Positions 1-10,871 of a stretch of 64,000 bases of DNA are shown here, piece after piece. Positions within the stretch are counted from its first letter, which is position 1, and each line of letters starts with the position of its first letter. This stretch comes from Gammaproteobacteria bacterium (lineage in GTDB: Bacteria; Pseudomonadota; Gammaproteobacteria; CAJXQU01): positions 832,001 through 896,000 of the forward strand of contig CBDEGZ010000003.1 in NCBI GenBank assembly GCA_965238175.1. Reading direction: 5' to 3'. The translations under genes and the position numbers were made by a program. The notes under the pieces were generated by a model, which made no database searches, was not told the origin of the DNA, and saw only the letters and a program-made list of their open reading frames with translations.

Positions 1-505
1 TCGTATCCCTTGAGATATTTACGTAATCGACTTTATAGGTGCGAAAATAGGGATCATCTGGCGAGATATATAAATTATTACCATCAAGTTCATATCGAAG
101 CTTGGCTTGCCGCGAAATACGTTCGAGAATTTGTGGCAAGGTTTGTTCGACAGCATTGAGTGTCACCAAACCTTCAATATCCGAATCCACATCAATATTT
201 AGTGATGCATCTCTTGCCAGTGCAAACAGTAGTTCTTTTACAGGGACATCGTTTACAACAACCGTGTATCGCTCAAGATCTTGCTCTATTGGTTGTGGTA
301 GGGGTGGTGGTAAAAAAGCTTTTTGATCGACAATTTTTGGAATTTCGTCGTTTGAAGTATTCGACACTTGTGGGTCAATCGAGATATGACCTTCCGAAGG
401 TTGATGTGGTTCTGGAATACTCGATGCGCACCCAGCTATAGATACAGCTAGTATCAAAATATAAAGCGGGTAAATTTTAGTTTTTCCCTTTAATATCATA
501 TTCAT
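1..505 (-). CDS. mshL: MshL-type pilus/T2SS secretin, lipoprotein (5' part; runs off the window)
   Basis: Not in the ORF track. Manual translation from ATG at 505 (GAGGAG RBS upstream) gives MNMILKGKTKIYPLYILILAVSIAGC (lipobox), then RYTVVVNDVPVKELLFALARDASLNIDVDSDIEGLVTLNAVEQTLPQILERI...YFRTYKVDYVNISRDT, typical of MshL-like secretin N-domains. Open to position 1. Confidence 0.8.
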   Translation of the reverse strand, partial: MNMILKGKTKIYPLYILILAVSIAGCASSIPEPHQPSEGHISIDPQVSNTSNDEIPKIVDQKAFLPPPLPQPIEQDLERYTVVVNDVPVKELLFALARDASLNIDVDSDIEGLVTLNAVEQTLPQILERISRQAKLRYELDGNNLYISPDDPYFRTYKVDYVNISRDT

Positions 506-630
506 CGCTTACGATGCTCCTCAATCGAACGAACAAGATACCATATTTTTAGTCTGGAATAGAGAATTAACGCACAAATTTTCTATCCTTAGGAAAATGG
601 TCAGATATTTGTCACAAGGTGTTATGTGGG

Positions 631-1683
631 TTACTGAAAAGACGTAATTTCCTGATCCAATTTTTTCCAGGTAGAGGAACTGGATTCAGCTTGATGAGAA
701 TACAGGTTTTTATTTGGGTTATGAGTAGAACTCTTTTCGAAAGGTTGGTTCTCAATAACAAGATTATTTCTATTGTTGTTATACCACCAAGCCGTTCCAG
801 CAATGACAGCTAATAATATTACCAGAGCTAGAATGATCCAGTACCTTGAGTTGCCAGAATCAATGCCTGGCATGTCTGAAAAATCAGAATCATTAACAGC
901 GGTTTTGACGTGTTTCAGGGTGACAACTCGATCATTTTCTGCATAAGCTGCGAGACAGGCTTTGTCACCGAGAATATTGATGCGACGCAATAAGCCACCG
1001 GATCGTTTCCATATTTGTTTAATAGCCTTCTGATCAAACAGATCCATTCCTTGATAGCCACTGGCTCGCATCCGCGAATTCATATAATCACGGACTTCAT
1101 ACTCTTGAAGAGGTGCCAGGTTAAAACTATATGTGATCCGTTCTTTTAACTGTCTGATATGTTGTTTTGAAAGATTTTCATCCAGTTCTGGTTGTCCAAA
1201 CAAAACGATTTGTAGCAATTTATCCTGCTTTGTTTCCAGGTTACTCAAAAGGCGTAATTCTTCTAATGTTTCGATCGGCATGCTTTGCGCTTCTTCTACA
1301 AACATTACAACTCGATTGTTGTTGGCATGCTGCTCAACAAGATAGTCTTGAATTTTATGCATCGCTTTGAGATTCGGATCATGTGGTTCGACATCGAGAT
1401 TCATTTCAAAGCCGATGGCGTGTAACAGATTTTCCGGAGTCAAACTTGGGTTGGCGAGGTAGACTACTTGAACATCATTTGGAAGGCTGTCCTCCAGCAT
1501 GCGGCAGAGCATGGTTTTTCCGCTGCCTACTTCACCAACGACTTTTACAATTCCCTCACCACTCGTGACAGCGTATGTGAGTGCTTGTAAGACAGCACCT
1601 CGATTTGCTCCGGGGAAAAACAAATTTGTATCCGGCGTTATCTTAAAGGGTGACTGTTTTAATCCAAAATACGCTTTATACAT
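631..1683 (-). CDS. ExeA/MshM-like AAA ATPase of a pilus/secretion system, one C-terminal TM helix
   Basis: MYKAYFGLKQSPFKITPD start, Walker A GEVGSGKT, Walker B FVEEAQ, LFGQPEL motif, TM YWIILALVILLAVIAG; adjacent to the secretin. Confidence 0.85.
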   Translation of the reverse strand: MYKAYFGLKQSPFKITPDTNLFFPGANRGAVLQALTYAVTSGEGIVKVVGEVGSGKTMLCRMLEDSLPNDVQVVYLANPSLTPENLLHAIGFEMNLDVEPHDPNLKAMHKIQDYLVEQHANNNRVVMFVEEAQSMPIETLEELRLLSNLETKQDKLLQIVLFGQPELDENLSKQHIRQLKERITYSFNLAPLQEYEVRDYMNSRMRASGYQGMDLFDQKAIKQIWKRSGGLLRRINILGDKACLAAYAENDRVVTLKHVKTAVNDSDFSDMPGIDSGNSRYWIILALVILLAVIAGTAWWYNNNRNNLVIENQPFEKSSTHNPNKNLYSHQAESSSSTWKKLDQEITSFQ

Positions 1684-1698
1684 AATTTATTTTTTTGT

Positions 1699-3147
1699 TT
1701 AGTTTTGTTGTTTTACTTCGATGGATAGACGTTGTATCTTACTGTATAACGTTGTGCGATTGATCCCTAATATTCTGGCTGCATGGCTTAAATTTCCATG
1801 ACTGTTTTTTAATGCAATGGTGATAAACCGTTTTTCCCATTCATCCAGTTTTTCATCCAGACGGAAAGTCTCTGAATGTAATAATTCACGTTCGCCAAGC
1901 AGATCCAAGTCATTTTGATCGGATTCGGGTACATAAACCGCAAGTTCCATTTCTGCCTCTAGTTGTCGTAGGTTAACGGGTGAACCGGGATATTTTGATC
2001 CGAGGCGGATAACAATATTTCTCAATTCGCGTACATTGCCAGGGAAAGAATATTGTAGTAACCGTTGCCTTGCTTCTTTATCCAGAATGAATGCGGGAAA
2101 GGTTCCTGCATAGAGTTGTTGGAAATAATCTAACAAAAGTAAACAGTCATCACTTCTCTCACGAAGAGGAGGTACTTTAATCGTTAAAACGCTGAGCCTA
2201 TGATAAAGATCTTGACGGAAAGACCCTTTGCGCACTTCTTCTGGTAGTTCACGATTTGTTGCTGCGACAATTCGAGCATCAGAGTGTCGAGATTGGGTTT
2301 CACCAATACGGTAATACTCACCGTTTTCTAAAACTCTTAGCAGCTTTGCTTGCAGTTCTATGGGTAACTCACCTACTTCATCAAGTAATAAAGTCCCTTT
2401 GTCAGCTTGTTCAAAGAAGCCAGGTTTAGCTGAATCTGCACCAGTAAATGCGCCTTTAGCGTGACCAAATAGTTGCGCTTCTAAAAGATCGGCGGGAAAT
2501 GCGGCGCAGTTGATCGTTAATAGAGGGTGTTTTGATCGTTCGCTTTTACTATGTAGATATTCGACAACGAGTTCTTTACCACTACCAGACTCACCTTCGA
2601 TCAAAACTGGAAAGGGAGTATCGGCGAATTGCTTGATCAAAGCACGCAGGGTCTTTATTACTGGACTTTGCCCAATAATGCCGAGATTTTCCTTTTTGAC
2701 AATCGTGTTTTCTTGCTCGGCATCTAACAGCATCAATTGATGTTGTAATCGCGTTTTGAGCAAATGGACATCACAAGGTTTCGGCACAAAGTCGATCGCA
2801 CCAAGGGTCATTGCATGTTGAATATTGCTACGTTTACTTTGGCCAGAAAGCACTAATATTTTGATCGCCGGGTTAAATGCTAATAATTCAGTGATTAAAT
2901 TAAACCCTTCTTCTGGTGTGTGTGGTGTCGGTGGCAAACCTAGATCGACGAGTGCAAGGGATGGAAGCGTTGAACGATTTTGGAGTAGGTTTTTGGCTTC
3001 TTCGCGAGTATTGGCAGTGAGCACATCAAATGTTTCTTGCAATACGAAACCTAACGATTCAATGATCAAATGATCATCATCAATGAGTAATAACTGAGGT
3101 TTTTCAGCGAGATTTGATCCTGCTAGAACGTTTGTGTCTGTTGCCAT
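1699..3147 (-). CDS. Sigma54-dependent response regulator (receiver + AAA + Fis HTH), PrsR-like receiver
   Basis: LLIDDD and DLGLPP receiver motifs, GESGSGKE, GAFTGA, FPGNVREL, C-terminal AARILGINRTTLYSK HTH. ATG at 3147 follows a GGAGAAG RBS. Confidence 0.9.
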   Translation of the reverse strand: MATDTNVLAGSNLAEKPQLLLIDDDHLIIESLGFVLQETFDVLTANTREEAKNLLQNRSTLPSLALVDLGLPPTPHTPEEGFNLITELLAFNPAIKILVLSGQSKRSNIQHAMTLGAIDFVPKPCDVHLLKTRLQHQLMLLDAEQENTIVKKENLGIIGQSPVIKTLRALIKQFADTPFPVLIEGESGSGKELVVEYLHSKSERSKHPLLTINCAAFPADLLEAQLFGHAKGAFTGADSAKPGFFEQADKGTLLLDEVGELPIELQAKLLRVLENGEYYRIGETQSRHSDARIVAATNRELPEEVRKGSFRQDLYHRLSVLTIKVPPLRERSDDCLLLLDYFQQLYAGTFPAFILDKEARQRLLQYSFPGNVRELRNIVIRLGSKYPGSPVNLRQLEAEMELAVYVPESDQNDLDLLGERELLHSETFRLDEKLDEWEKRFITIALKNSHGNLSHAARILGINRTTLYSKIQRLSIEVKQQN

Positions 3148-3204
3148 TACTTCTCCCAACTTTGTGGCATGACAAAGCTGATAACAGTATATGCAATCTT
3201 GAAT

Positions 3205-3243
3205 ATATTGTCACAGTGAGGAATGAACCCACTGTGACAATAT
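3205..3243 (-). terminator. Stem-loop downstream of ahcY
   Basis: 14 bp perfect inverted repeat atattgtcacagtg...cactgtgacaatat about 30 nt after the ahcY stop. Confidence 0.55.
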
Positions 3244-3273
3244 CGTTTGTATGATTATTACTAGCTGAGATTA

Positions 3274-4587
3274 TTAATAACGATAATGTTCAGGTTTGAA
3301 AGGACCATCAATGGAAACACTGATGTAATCGGCTTGTTCTTGAGTCAATTTTGTCAGATTTGCATTGATGCGTTTCAAATGAAGCATCGCTACTTTTTCG
3401 TCTAATTTTTTTGGCAAGGTATAAACCTTGTTCTCATAATTAGACGAATTTTCCCACAGTTCGATCTGTGCCAGCACCTGATTCGTGAAAGAGTTAGACA
3501 TAACAAAACTTGGATGACCGGTGGCACAGCCGAGATTCACCAAACGACCTTCAGCTAATAGGATAATGCGTTTTCCATCCGGGAAGATTATGTGATCGAC
3601 TTGAGGTTTAATGTTTTCCCAAGTGTATTGTTTAAGGCCAGCAACATCGATTTCATTATCAAAGTGACCAATATTACAAACGATAGATTGATCTTTCATT
3701 TTGATCATATGGTCATGGGTGATGACGTTATAGTTTCCAGTAGCAGTAACAAAAATATCTGCTTGATCAACGACATTGTTAAGCTCAACAACACGATAAC
3801 CTTCCATCGCGGCTTGCAAAGCACAAATTGGATCAACTTCTGTTACCCAAACTGTCGCACCGAGTCCTTTCAAAGATTGTGCACAGCCTTTACCTACATC
3901 GCCGTAACCCAAAACAACTGCAACTTTACCAGCGATCATTACATCAGTAGCACGTTTGATCCCGTCGACAAGTGACTCGCGGCAGCCATATAAATTATCG
4001 AATTTAGATTTAGTCACTGAATCATTCACATTGATTGCAGGAACTTTTAATGTACCTTTTTTGACCATCTCGGTCAGACGTAATACGCCAGTTGTTGTTT
4101 CTTCAGAAAGCCCCAGAACGTCGTTCATGGTTTCTGGATATTTCTCGTGCATCATGGTGGTTAGATCGCCACCATCGTCGAGGATTAAGTTTGGTCTCCA
4201 GCCATTTGGGCCGAAGATTGTTTGTTCAATACACCATTCAGCTTCTTCTTCCGTTTCACCTTTCCAGGCAAATACCGGAATGTCTTGATCAGCAATTGCC
4301 GCGGCTGCGTGATCTTGAGTAGAGAAAATATTACAAGACGACCAGCGAATTTCTGCGCCAAGTTCAACCAGGGTTTCGATCAAAACCGCAGTTTGGATCG
4401 TCATGTGTAAACACCCGGCAATGCGGGCACCGGCAAGTGGCTTTTTGCCTTTATACTCTTCACGTATTGTCATCAGGCCTGGCATTTCAGTTTCAGCAAT
4501 GGCGATTTCTTTGTGTCCCCATTCTGCTAATGACATGTCGGCTACTTTGTAATCAGGGTCAAGATTTTGTATCGGTTGTGCGCTCAT
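3274..4587 (-). CDS. ahcY: Adenosylhomocysteinase (SAH hydrolase)
   Basis: [61 protein letters not shown]. Confidence 0.98.
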   Translation of the reverse strand: MSAQPIQNLDPDYKVADMSLAEWGHKEIAIAETEMPGLMTIREEYKGKKPLAGARIAGCLHMTIQTAVLIETLVELGAEIRWSSCNIFSTQDHAAAAIADQDIPVFAWKGETEEEAEWCIEQTIFGPNGWRPNLILDDGGDLTTMMHEKYPETMNDVLGLSEETTTGVLRLTEMVKKGTLKVPAINVNDSVTKSKFDNLYGCRESLVDGIKRATDVMIAGKVAVVLGYGDVGKGCAQSLKGLGATVWVTEVDPICALQAAMEGYRVVELNNVVDQADIFVTATGNYNVITHDHMIKMKDQSIVCNIGHFDNEIDVAGLKQYTWENIKPQVDHIIFPDGKRIILLAEGRLVNLGCATGHPSFVMSNSFTNQVLAQIELWENSSNYENKVYTLPKKLDEKVAMLHLKRINANLTKLTQEQADYISVSIDGPFKPEHYRY

Positions 4588-4614
4588 TTATATTGGCTCC
4601 AAATAAAAAGTTGT

Positions 4615-5772
4615 TTATGGATCAAGACTCGCTTTTAGAGCCTCGGCCTTATCTGTTCGTTCCCATGTAAATTCATCACCACGACCAAAGTGGCCGTAAG
4701 CTGCGGTTGCTTTCAAACCGGGTTTACACAAATCTAGCATTTCGGTAATCCCTTTTGGTCTGAGATCAAAATTTTCGCGAATTGCTGCGATCAGTTTATT
4801 TTCATCAATTTTCCCAGTACCAAAGGTGTCAACACTGATGGAAGTAGGTTCTGCGACACCAATTGCATAGGAAACTTGTAATTCACAGCGGTCAGCCAAG
4901 CCGGCTGCTACAACATTCTTAGCGACATAACGCGCCGCATAGGCAGCGGAGCGATCAACCTTGGACGGGTCTTTGCCAGAAAATGCACCACCACCATGGC
5001 GAGCCATGCCGCCATAAGTATCAACAATAATCTTACGGCCTGTAAGGCCACAATCTCCAACAGGGCCACCAATAACGAAACGGCCGGTTGGATTGATGTA
5101 ATATCGTGTTTTCTCAGTTAGCCATTTGGTAGGAAGAACGGGTTTTATAACCTCTTCCATAATCGCTTCTTGCAAGTCTTTTTGTTCAATTTCAGGATTA
5201 TGCTGAGTTGAGAGAACAACAGCATCAATTCCAACAGGTGCGCCATCTTCATAGATGAAAGTGACCTGACTTTTAGCGTCTGGGCGCAACCAGGCCAGCC
5301 TACCGTTCTTACGAACTTCAGCCTGTTTTTTCACTAGTTGATGAGCATAGGCAATCGGTGCAGGCATGAGGACATCGGTTTCACTACAGGCATAACCAAA
5401 CATTAAGCCCTGGTCGCCAGCACCTTGTTCTTTTTCACTATCTTCATCGACACCCATCGCAATATCGGGCGACTGTTTGTCGATTGATACCATGATGGCA
5501 CAGGTATCACTATCAAAACCCATTTCAGAACTGGTGTAACCAATTTCTTTAATTGTGTTTCGAACAACTTCAGGCATGTCTACGGTTGCAGTAGTGGTAA
5601 TCTCACCAGCAAGTACGACAATTCCTGTGGTAATGAGTGTTTCGCAAGCAACACGTGCCGTATTGTCTTGTTCTAGAATAGCATCAAGAATAGCGTCAGA
5701 AATTTGATCTGCGACTTTATCTGGATGACCTTCTGAGACAGATTCAGATGTAAAGAGGCGCTTACTTCCCAT
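4615..5772 (-). CDS. metK: S-adenosylmethionine synthetase
   Basis: [35 protein letters not shown]. Confidence 0.98.
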   Translation of the reverse strand: MGSKRLFTSESVSEGHPDKVADQISDAILDAILEQDNTARVACETLITTGIVVLAGEITTTATVDMPEVVRNTIKEIGYTSSEMGFDSDTCAIMVSIDKQSPDIAMGVDEDSEKEQGAGDQGLMFGYACSETDVLMPAPIAYAHQLVKKQAEVRKNGRLAWLRPDAKSQVTFIYEDGAPVGIDAVVLSTQHNPEIEQKDLQEAIMEEVIKPVLPTKWLTEKTRYYINPTGRFVIGGPVGDCGLTGRKIIVDTYGGMARHGGGAFSGKDPSKVDRSAAYAARYVAKNVVAAGLADRCELQVSYAIGVAEPTSISVDTFGTGKIDENKLIAAIRENFDLRPKGITEMLDLCKPGLKATAAYGHFGRGDEFTWERTDKAEALKASLDP

Positions 5773-5882
5773 AAGGGTTCTCCAAAAGCATGAGTAAAGT
5801 GGTGCGACAGTGTATGATATAGCGGATCTTATTTCTATTCCTTAATTAACCAACTACGTCATGTTTTTGTAGGTTGAATGCT

Positions 5883-6440
5883 ATGGTTTTGATGGAAACT
5901 CCTGTATGTGAGTTTGGGAAGCCTGCGATCGACTTCAAGTTAGAAGGAATCGATGGCAAACAGTGGTCGCTTGCTGAATGTAAAGGCGATAATGGATTGC
6001 TTGTGATGTTCATTTGTAACCATTGTCCTTATGTTAAATCAATTCAAGATAAACTAGTCTGCGATACAAATGAACTTGCTGATTCAGGTATAAACAGTGT
6101 TGCGATTATGTCGAATGATCCTGCTGAATATGAAGAGGATTCGTTCGAAAACATGAAGCGTATAGCCGAACAATTTGATTATCAATTTCCCTATTTGATC
6201 GATACCACACAAGAAATCGCCAAGGCATATGGTGCTGTCTGCACGCCCGATTTTTTTGGCTACAATTCTGCTCTTGAATTGCAATTTCGTGGTCGTCTGG
6301 ATGCGAGTGGCATGCAAACTGTACCTAATGTAAAACGTGAACTACTTGAGGCTATGAAGCAGGTTGTGAAGACAGGGAAAGGTCCTATTGAACAAATTCC
6401 GAGTATGGGATGCTCAATTAAGTGGATGACATCATCATAA
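5883..6440 (+). CDS. Thioredoxin-fold redoxin (AhpC/TSA-like)
   Basis: FICNHCPYV CxxC motif, YGAVCTPDFF, PSMGCSIKW. ATG at 5883 preferred over TTG at 5874. Confidence 0.85.
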   Translation: MVLMETPVCEFGKPAIDFKLEGIDGKQWSLAECKGDNGLLVMFICNHCPYVKSIQDKLVCDTNELADSGINSVAIMSNDPAEYEEDSFENMKRIAEQFDYQFPYLIDTTQEIAKAYGAVCTPDFFGYNSALELQFRGRLDASGMQTVPNVKRELLEAMKQVVKTGKGPIEQIPSMGCSIKWMTSS

Positions 6441-6444
6441 ATAG

Positions 6445-6472
6445 TTGCCCGGAATCATAAGCAAGGTAGAAT
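6445..6472 (+). promoter_or_regulatory. Putative sigma70 promoter for the tkt operon
   Basis: TTGCCC-16 nt-TAGAAT about 50 nt upstream of tkt. Confidence 0.4.
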
Positions 6473-6523
6473 GTCCGCCCTTTACACTAAATAATTACAA
6501 TAACGAAGATTGATCAAAAGCGA

Positions 6524-8527
6524 ATGAATTCAACAGAGACAAGAAGAGAACTGGCCAACGCAATCCGAATACTTAGTATTGATGCCGTCCAGAAAGCAAA
6601 ATCTGGACATCCAGGTGCGCCGATGGGAATGGCAGACATTATGGAAGTGCTGTGGAATAGCTTCCTGAACCATAACCCGAAAAATCCAGATTGGCCGAAC
6701 CGTGATCGATTTGTACTTTCGAATGGCCATGGTTCCATGTTGTTATATTCGCTATTACATTTGACCGGATATGATGTTTCGATTGAGGATATACGAAACT
6801 TTCGTCAGTTTGAATCTAAAACACCAGGCCATCCTGAGTACGGTTATACGCCAGGAATTGAAACGACCACGGGCCCATTGGGACAAGGGATTGCGAATGC
6901 GGTAGGTATGGCAGCGGCTGAGCAAATCATGGCGGCTCAATTTAATCGTGACGAATTTAATATTGTCGATCACTATACCTACGTTGGCCTTGGTGATGGT
7001 TGTATGATGGAAGGCATCAGTCATGAAGCATGTTCTCTGGCTGGCACCTTAAAACTCGGTAAATTGATAGCCTTCTATGATGATAATGGTATTTCGATTG
7101 ATGGCGAAGTTGAGGGCTGGTTTACTGACGATACCGGAAAACGATTTGAATCTTATAACTGGCATGTGATCCGTGATGTTGATGGACACGATGCGGCAAG
7201 TATCGAAAAAGCGATCCTGGAAGCACGCGCAGTTTCCGATCAACCCAGTCTGATTTGCTGCAAAACGGTGATTGGGTTCGGCTCTCCAAATAAGCAAGGC
7301 ACAGAAAGTTGTCATGGTGCGCCTTTGGGATCTGATGAAATTGATCTGGTACGGAAAAACCTCAACTGGCCGCATCCTGAATTTGAAATTCCAGACAGTA
7401 TTTATAGTGCATGGAATGCAGATCAACAAGGTGCAAAAAACGAAACGGATTGGAATGATACGTTTTCAGCTTATCAAAAAGCACACCCTGATCTGGCCAC
7501 TGAATTTGATCGCCGCATCAGCGGAAAATTACCAGATAATTGGTCTGAAATAACGATGGACTATATAGCCTCTGTCGATCAAGCAGCGGCAACTATTCCA
7601 TCGCGTAATGCATCACAAAATGCGATTAATGCGTTTGCTCCTAGCTTGCCGGAATTATTAGGTGGTTCAGCGGATTTGGGAGCATCTAACAATACATATT
7701 GGGATGGTTATAAGAGCATTAATCCCATTTCACCGCAAGGTAACTACATTCATTACGGTGTCCGTGAATTTGCCATGGCGGCTATCATGAATGGCATTTC
7801 TCTACATGGAGGGCTGGTTCCATACGGCGGCACATTCCTGGTATTTTCGGATTATGCACGCAATGGTTTGCGAATGTCAGCTTTGATGGGGACGAAAGCC
7901 ATTTATGTGTTTACCCATGATTCCATTGGACTTGGCGAAGACGGCCCAACGCATCAACCAGTTGAACATGCATCGAGTTTAAGACTCATACCAAATATGT
8001 CGGTATGGCGACCCTGTGATGCGGTTGAATCTGCTGTTGCCTGGAAGGTGGCGGTTGAAAACGATGGGCCAACATCGATGTTGTACTCTCGTCAAAATTT
8101 GGAGCATCAAACTCGTACTGCTAGCCAACTAGAGAACATTCAACGAGGTGGCTACATTTTAGTGGATTGTGAAGGTCAACCGGATGCCATCGTTATTGCC
8201 ACAGGATCGGAAGTAGGCATAGCAACTGATGCAGCTAAGGAATTAGCGGCGAAAGGAAAAAAAATCCGTGTTGTTTCGATGCCATCAACGGATGTCTTTG
8301 ATTGTCAGGATGAACGTTATCGACATGATGTATTACCTCCGAGTGTTGGTGCACGCCTTGCGGTAGAAGCTGGGGTTAGTGATCTTTGGTATAAATACGT
8401 TGGATTGAATGGTTGTGTTATAGGGATTGATCGTTTCGGTGAGTCTGCGCCAGCATCGGTATTATTTGATCATTTTGGTTTTACAGCAGATCACATTGTT
8501 TCAGAATTAGAAAGTTTATTAAGTTAA
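6524..8527 (+). CDS. tkt: Transketolase
   Basis: [45 protein letters not shown]. Confidence 0.98.
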   Translation: MNSTETRRELANAIRILSIDAVQKAKSGHPGAPMGMADIMEVLWNSFLNHNPKNPDWPNRDRFVLSNGHGSMLLYSLLHLTGYDVSIEDIRNFRQFESKTPGHPEYGYTPGIETTTGPLGQGIANAVGMAAAEQIMAAQFNRDEFNIVDHYTYVGLGDGCMMEGISHEACSLAGTLKLGKLIAFYDDNGISIDGEVEGWFTDDTGKRFESYNWHVIRDVDGHDAASIEKAILEARAVSDQPSLICCKTVIGFGSPNKQGTESCHGAPLGSDEIDLVRKNLNWPHPEFEIPDSIYSAWNADQQGAKNETDWNDTFSAYQKAHPDLATEFDRRISGKLPDNWSEITMDYIASVDQAAATIPSRNASQNAINAFAPSLPELLGGSADLGASNNTYWDGYKSINPISPQGNYIHYGVREFAMAAIMNGISLHGGLVPYGGTFLVFSDYARNGLRMSALMGTKAIYVFTHDSIGLGEDGPTHQPVEHASSLRLIPNMSVWRPCDAVESAVAWKVAVENDGPTSMLYSRQNLEHQTRTASQLENIQRGGYILVDCEGQPDAIVIATGSEVGIATDAAKELAAKGKKIRVVSMPSTDVFDCQDERYRHDVLPPSVGARLAVEAGVSDLWYKYVGLNGCVIGIDRFGESAPASVLFDHFGFTADHIVSELESLLS

Positions 8528-8548
8528 TTTATAGAATTGGAGAAGAAA

Positions 8549-9556
8549 ATGCCTGTTAAAGTTGGAATCAATGGCTACGGTCGAATCGGACGTAATATCC
8601 TTCGCGCTCTTTACGAATCAGGTCGTACGGATGAAATCCAAATTGTCGCTATTAACGATCTGGGCGATGCTGCAACGAACGCTCATCTTACTCAATATGA
8701 TAGTGCGCACGGAAAATTCCCAGGTGAGGTTTCTGTCGAAGGTGATTACTTGATCGTCAATGGTGACAAGATCAAAGTGTTATCGGAACGTGATCCATCA
8801 AAATTACCTTGGGGAGAATTAGGTGTTGATGTTGTGCATGAATCGACAGGCTTTTTTGCCAGCAAGGATAAAGCGCGTCTACATTTAGAAGGTGGAGCGA
8901 AGAAAGTTATTGTTTCTGCGCCGGCCGGCAATGATGTAAAAACGGTTGTTTATGGTGTTAACCACGATATTCTCGATGCCAGCGATGAGATCATTTCTAA
9001 TGCTTCTTGTACAACAAATTGTTTGTCACCACTGGTACAACCATTGCACGAAAAAATGGGTGTTCTCAGTGGACTAATGACAACAATCCATGCGTATACA
9101 AATGATCAAGTACTGACAGATGTTTTTCATACGGATCTACGCCGTGCGCGATCAGCAACAACCTCAATGATCCCAACCAAAACAGGTGCGGCAGCCGCCG
9201 TTGGATTGGTGTTACCAGAATTGGCGGGCAAGCTCGATGGATATGCTATGCGCGTACCGACCATCAATGTTTCATTAGTTGACTTGACCTTCCAGGCGGG
9301 TAGAGAAACCACCGAGGATGAAGTAAATAACATACTAAAGGATGCTTCTGAAGGCGCTTTAAAAGGCGTACTCGAATACAATGATAAGCCTCTGGTTTCG
9401 ATTGATTTCAATCATAATCCGGCGTCTTCTATTTTTGAAGAAAGTTTGACGAAAGTGACTAACGGAACCTTAGTTAAAGTGTGTTCCTGGTATGACAATG
9501 AATGGGGGTTCTCTAACCGCATGTTAGATACCACACTTGCGTTGATGAACGTTTAA
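8549..9556 (+). CDS. gap: Type I glyceraldehyde-3-phosphate dehydrogenase
   Basis: [29 protein letters not shown]. Confidence 0.97.
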   Translation: MPVKVGINGYGRIGRNILRALYESGRTDEIQIVAINDLGDAATNAHLTQYDSAHGKFPGEVSVEGDYLIVNGDKIKVLSERDPSKLPWGELGVDVVHESTGFFASKDKARLHLEGGAKKVIVSAPAGNDVKTVVYGVNHDILDASDEIISNASCTTNCLSPLVQPLHEKMGVLSGLMTTIHAYTNDQVLTDVFHTDLRRARSATTSMIPTKTGAAAAVGLVLPELAGKLDGYAMRVPTINVSLVDLTFQAGRETTEDEVNNILKDASEGALKGVLEYNDKPLVSIDFNHNPASSIFEESLTKVTNGTLVKVCSWYDNEWGFSNRMLDTTLALMNV

Positions 9557-9604
9557 GTAGATTTGGGTTCATTAGTTTAATGGCTAGATTTGGGGAAAAT
9601 AATC

Positions 9605-10810
9605 ATGCAAACAATGGATGATTTTAATTTGACAGGGAAACGGGTTTTGATCCGCGAGGATTTGAATGTTCCATTGAAAAATGGCGAAATGTCTGACGAC
9701 TCTCGGATCCTTGCTGCCTTACCAACCATTAAGCAAGCAATTGAAGAAGAAGCTTGTGTTATGGTTGTTTCCCACCTTGGCCGACCTAAAGAAGGTCAAT
9801 TTGAGGAGAAGTTTTCTCTGGCTCCTGTGGCAAAAAGATTGTCCGAATTACTCGATCAAAAAGTGACTCTTGCAGAAAACTGGCTGAACGGCGTTGAAGT
9901 AGAACCAGGTGAAGTTGTCCTTTGTGAAAATGTTCGTTTTGCTATTGGCGAAAAAAGTAACGATGACGGCCTTGCCCGCAAGATGGCTTCTCTATGCGAT
10001 ATTTTTGTAAATGATGCTTTTGCTACAGCCCATCGTGCACAAGCATCAACTTATGGAATCGCGAGTTATGCGCCTAAAGTTTGTGCTGGACCGTTATTAA
10101 AAACGGAATTAGATGCACTTGGAGCAGCTTTGAAAGAACCTGCACGACCAATGATTGCTATTGTTGGTGGTGCAAAGGTCTCGACTAAATTAGAAGTGCT
10201 CGAAACTTTGGTAGAAAAAGTCGATCAATTAGTTGTCGGTGGTGGCATTGCGAACACCTTTATTAAAGCAGCTGGATACGAAGTTGGGCAGTCTCTCTAT
10301 GAAGAAGATTTAGTCGAAATTGCGAAGGCCTTAATCGAAAAAGCAAGAGAAGGTGGCGCTGAAATACCGATCCCGGTTGATGTGGTCTGTGCGAAAGAGT
10401 TCTCGGAAAGTTCAAAAGCGACCACAAAACTTGTCAGTGAAATTGAACAAGATGACATGATCTTGGATTTAGGTCCAAAAACACTGGAAGGATTAACTGC
10501 ACAACTTAAAGGTGCAGAAACAATTGTCTGGAATGGACCGCTAGGTGTTTTTGAATTTGATCAATTTGCTGATGGAACGGCCAAGCTATCAAAAGCCATT
10601 GCTGAAAGTAAGGCATATTCCATTGCTGGTGGTGGCGATACGTTAGCGGCAATTTCAAAATTTCAGATCAGCGATCAAGTGTCCTACATTTCTACTGGCG
10701 GTGGAGCTTTTCTAGAGCTTTTGGAAGGTAAGGAACTTCCAGCGGTTGCCATACTTGAAGAGCGTGCAAGGGCTAATCCGCAATCGCTACATCCCAGCGA
10801 AGGGTATTAG
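9605..10810 (+). CDS. pgk: Phosphoglycerate kinase
   Basis: [33 protein letters not shown]. Confidence 0.98.
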   Translation: MQTMDDFNLTGKRVLIREDLNVPLKNGEMSDDSRILAALPTIKQAIEEEACVMVVSHLGRPKEGQFEEKFSLAPVAKRLSELLDQKVTLAENWLNGVEVEPGEVVLCENVRFAIGEKSNDDGLARKMASLCDIFVNDAFATAHRAQASTYGIASYAPKVCAGPLLKTELDALGAALKEPARPMIAIVGGAKVSTKLEVLETLVEKVDQLVVGGGIANTFIKAAGYEVGQSLYEEDLVEIAKALIEKAREGGAEIPIPVDVVCAKEFSESSKATTKLVSEIEQDDMILDLGPKTLEGLTAQLKGAETIVWNGPLGVFEFDQFADGTAKLSKAIAESKAYSIAGGGDTLAAISKFQISDQVSYISTGGGAFLELLEGKELPAVAILEERARANPQSLHPSEGY

Positions 10811-10831
10811 TCATAACTTAATTTTAATTTT

Positions 10832-10858
10832 ACTGCCAGGTTAGGGCCTGGCAGTTTT
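10832..10858 (+). terminator. Intra-operon terminator-like hairpin between pgk and pyk
   Basis: actgccagg-ttaggg-cctggcagt followed by a short T run. Confidence 0.5.
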
Positions 10859-10871
10859 GCTTTGGAAAACT

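Noticed and set aside
528-545. Possible sigma54 -24/-12 promoter upstream of the secretin (TGGTAT-N5-TCGTT on the minus strand)
   Set aside because: The -12 element lacks the required GC (GG-N10-GT), so it is too weak to call.
3592-4670. Overlapping plus-strand ORFs of 76-127 aa opposite ahcY, and similar ORFs opposite tkt, pyk, algC, rpoC and fusA
   Set aside because: These are antisense shadows of well-conserved genes, with no RBS or recognisable motifs.
4588-5882. SAH or SAM riboswitch at ahcY/metK
   Set aside because: The metK-ahcY gap is only 27 nt, and the roughly 110 nt upstream of metK shows no recognisable aptamer motif.
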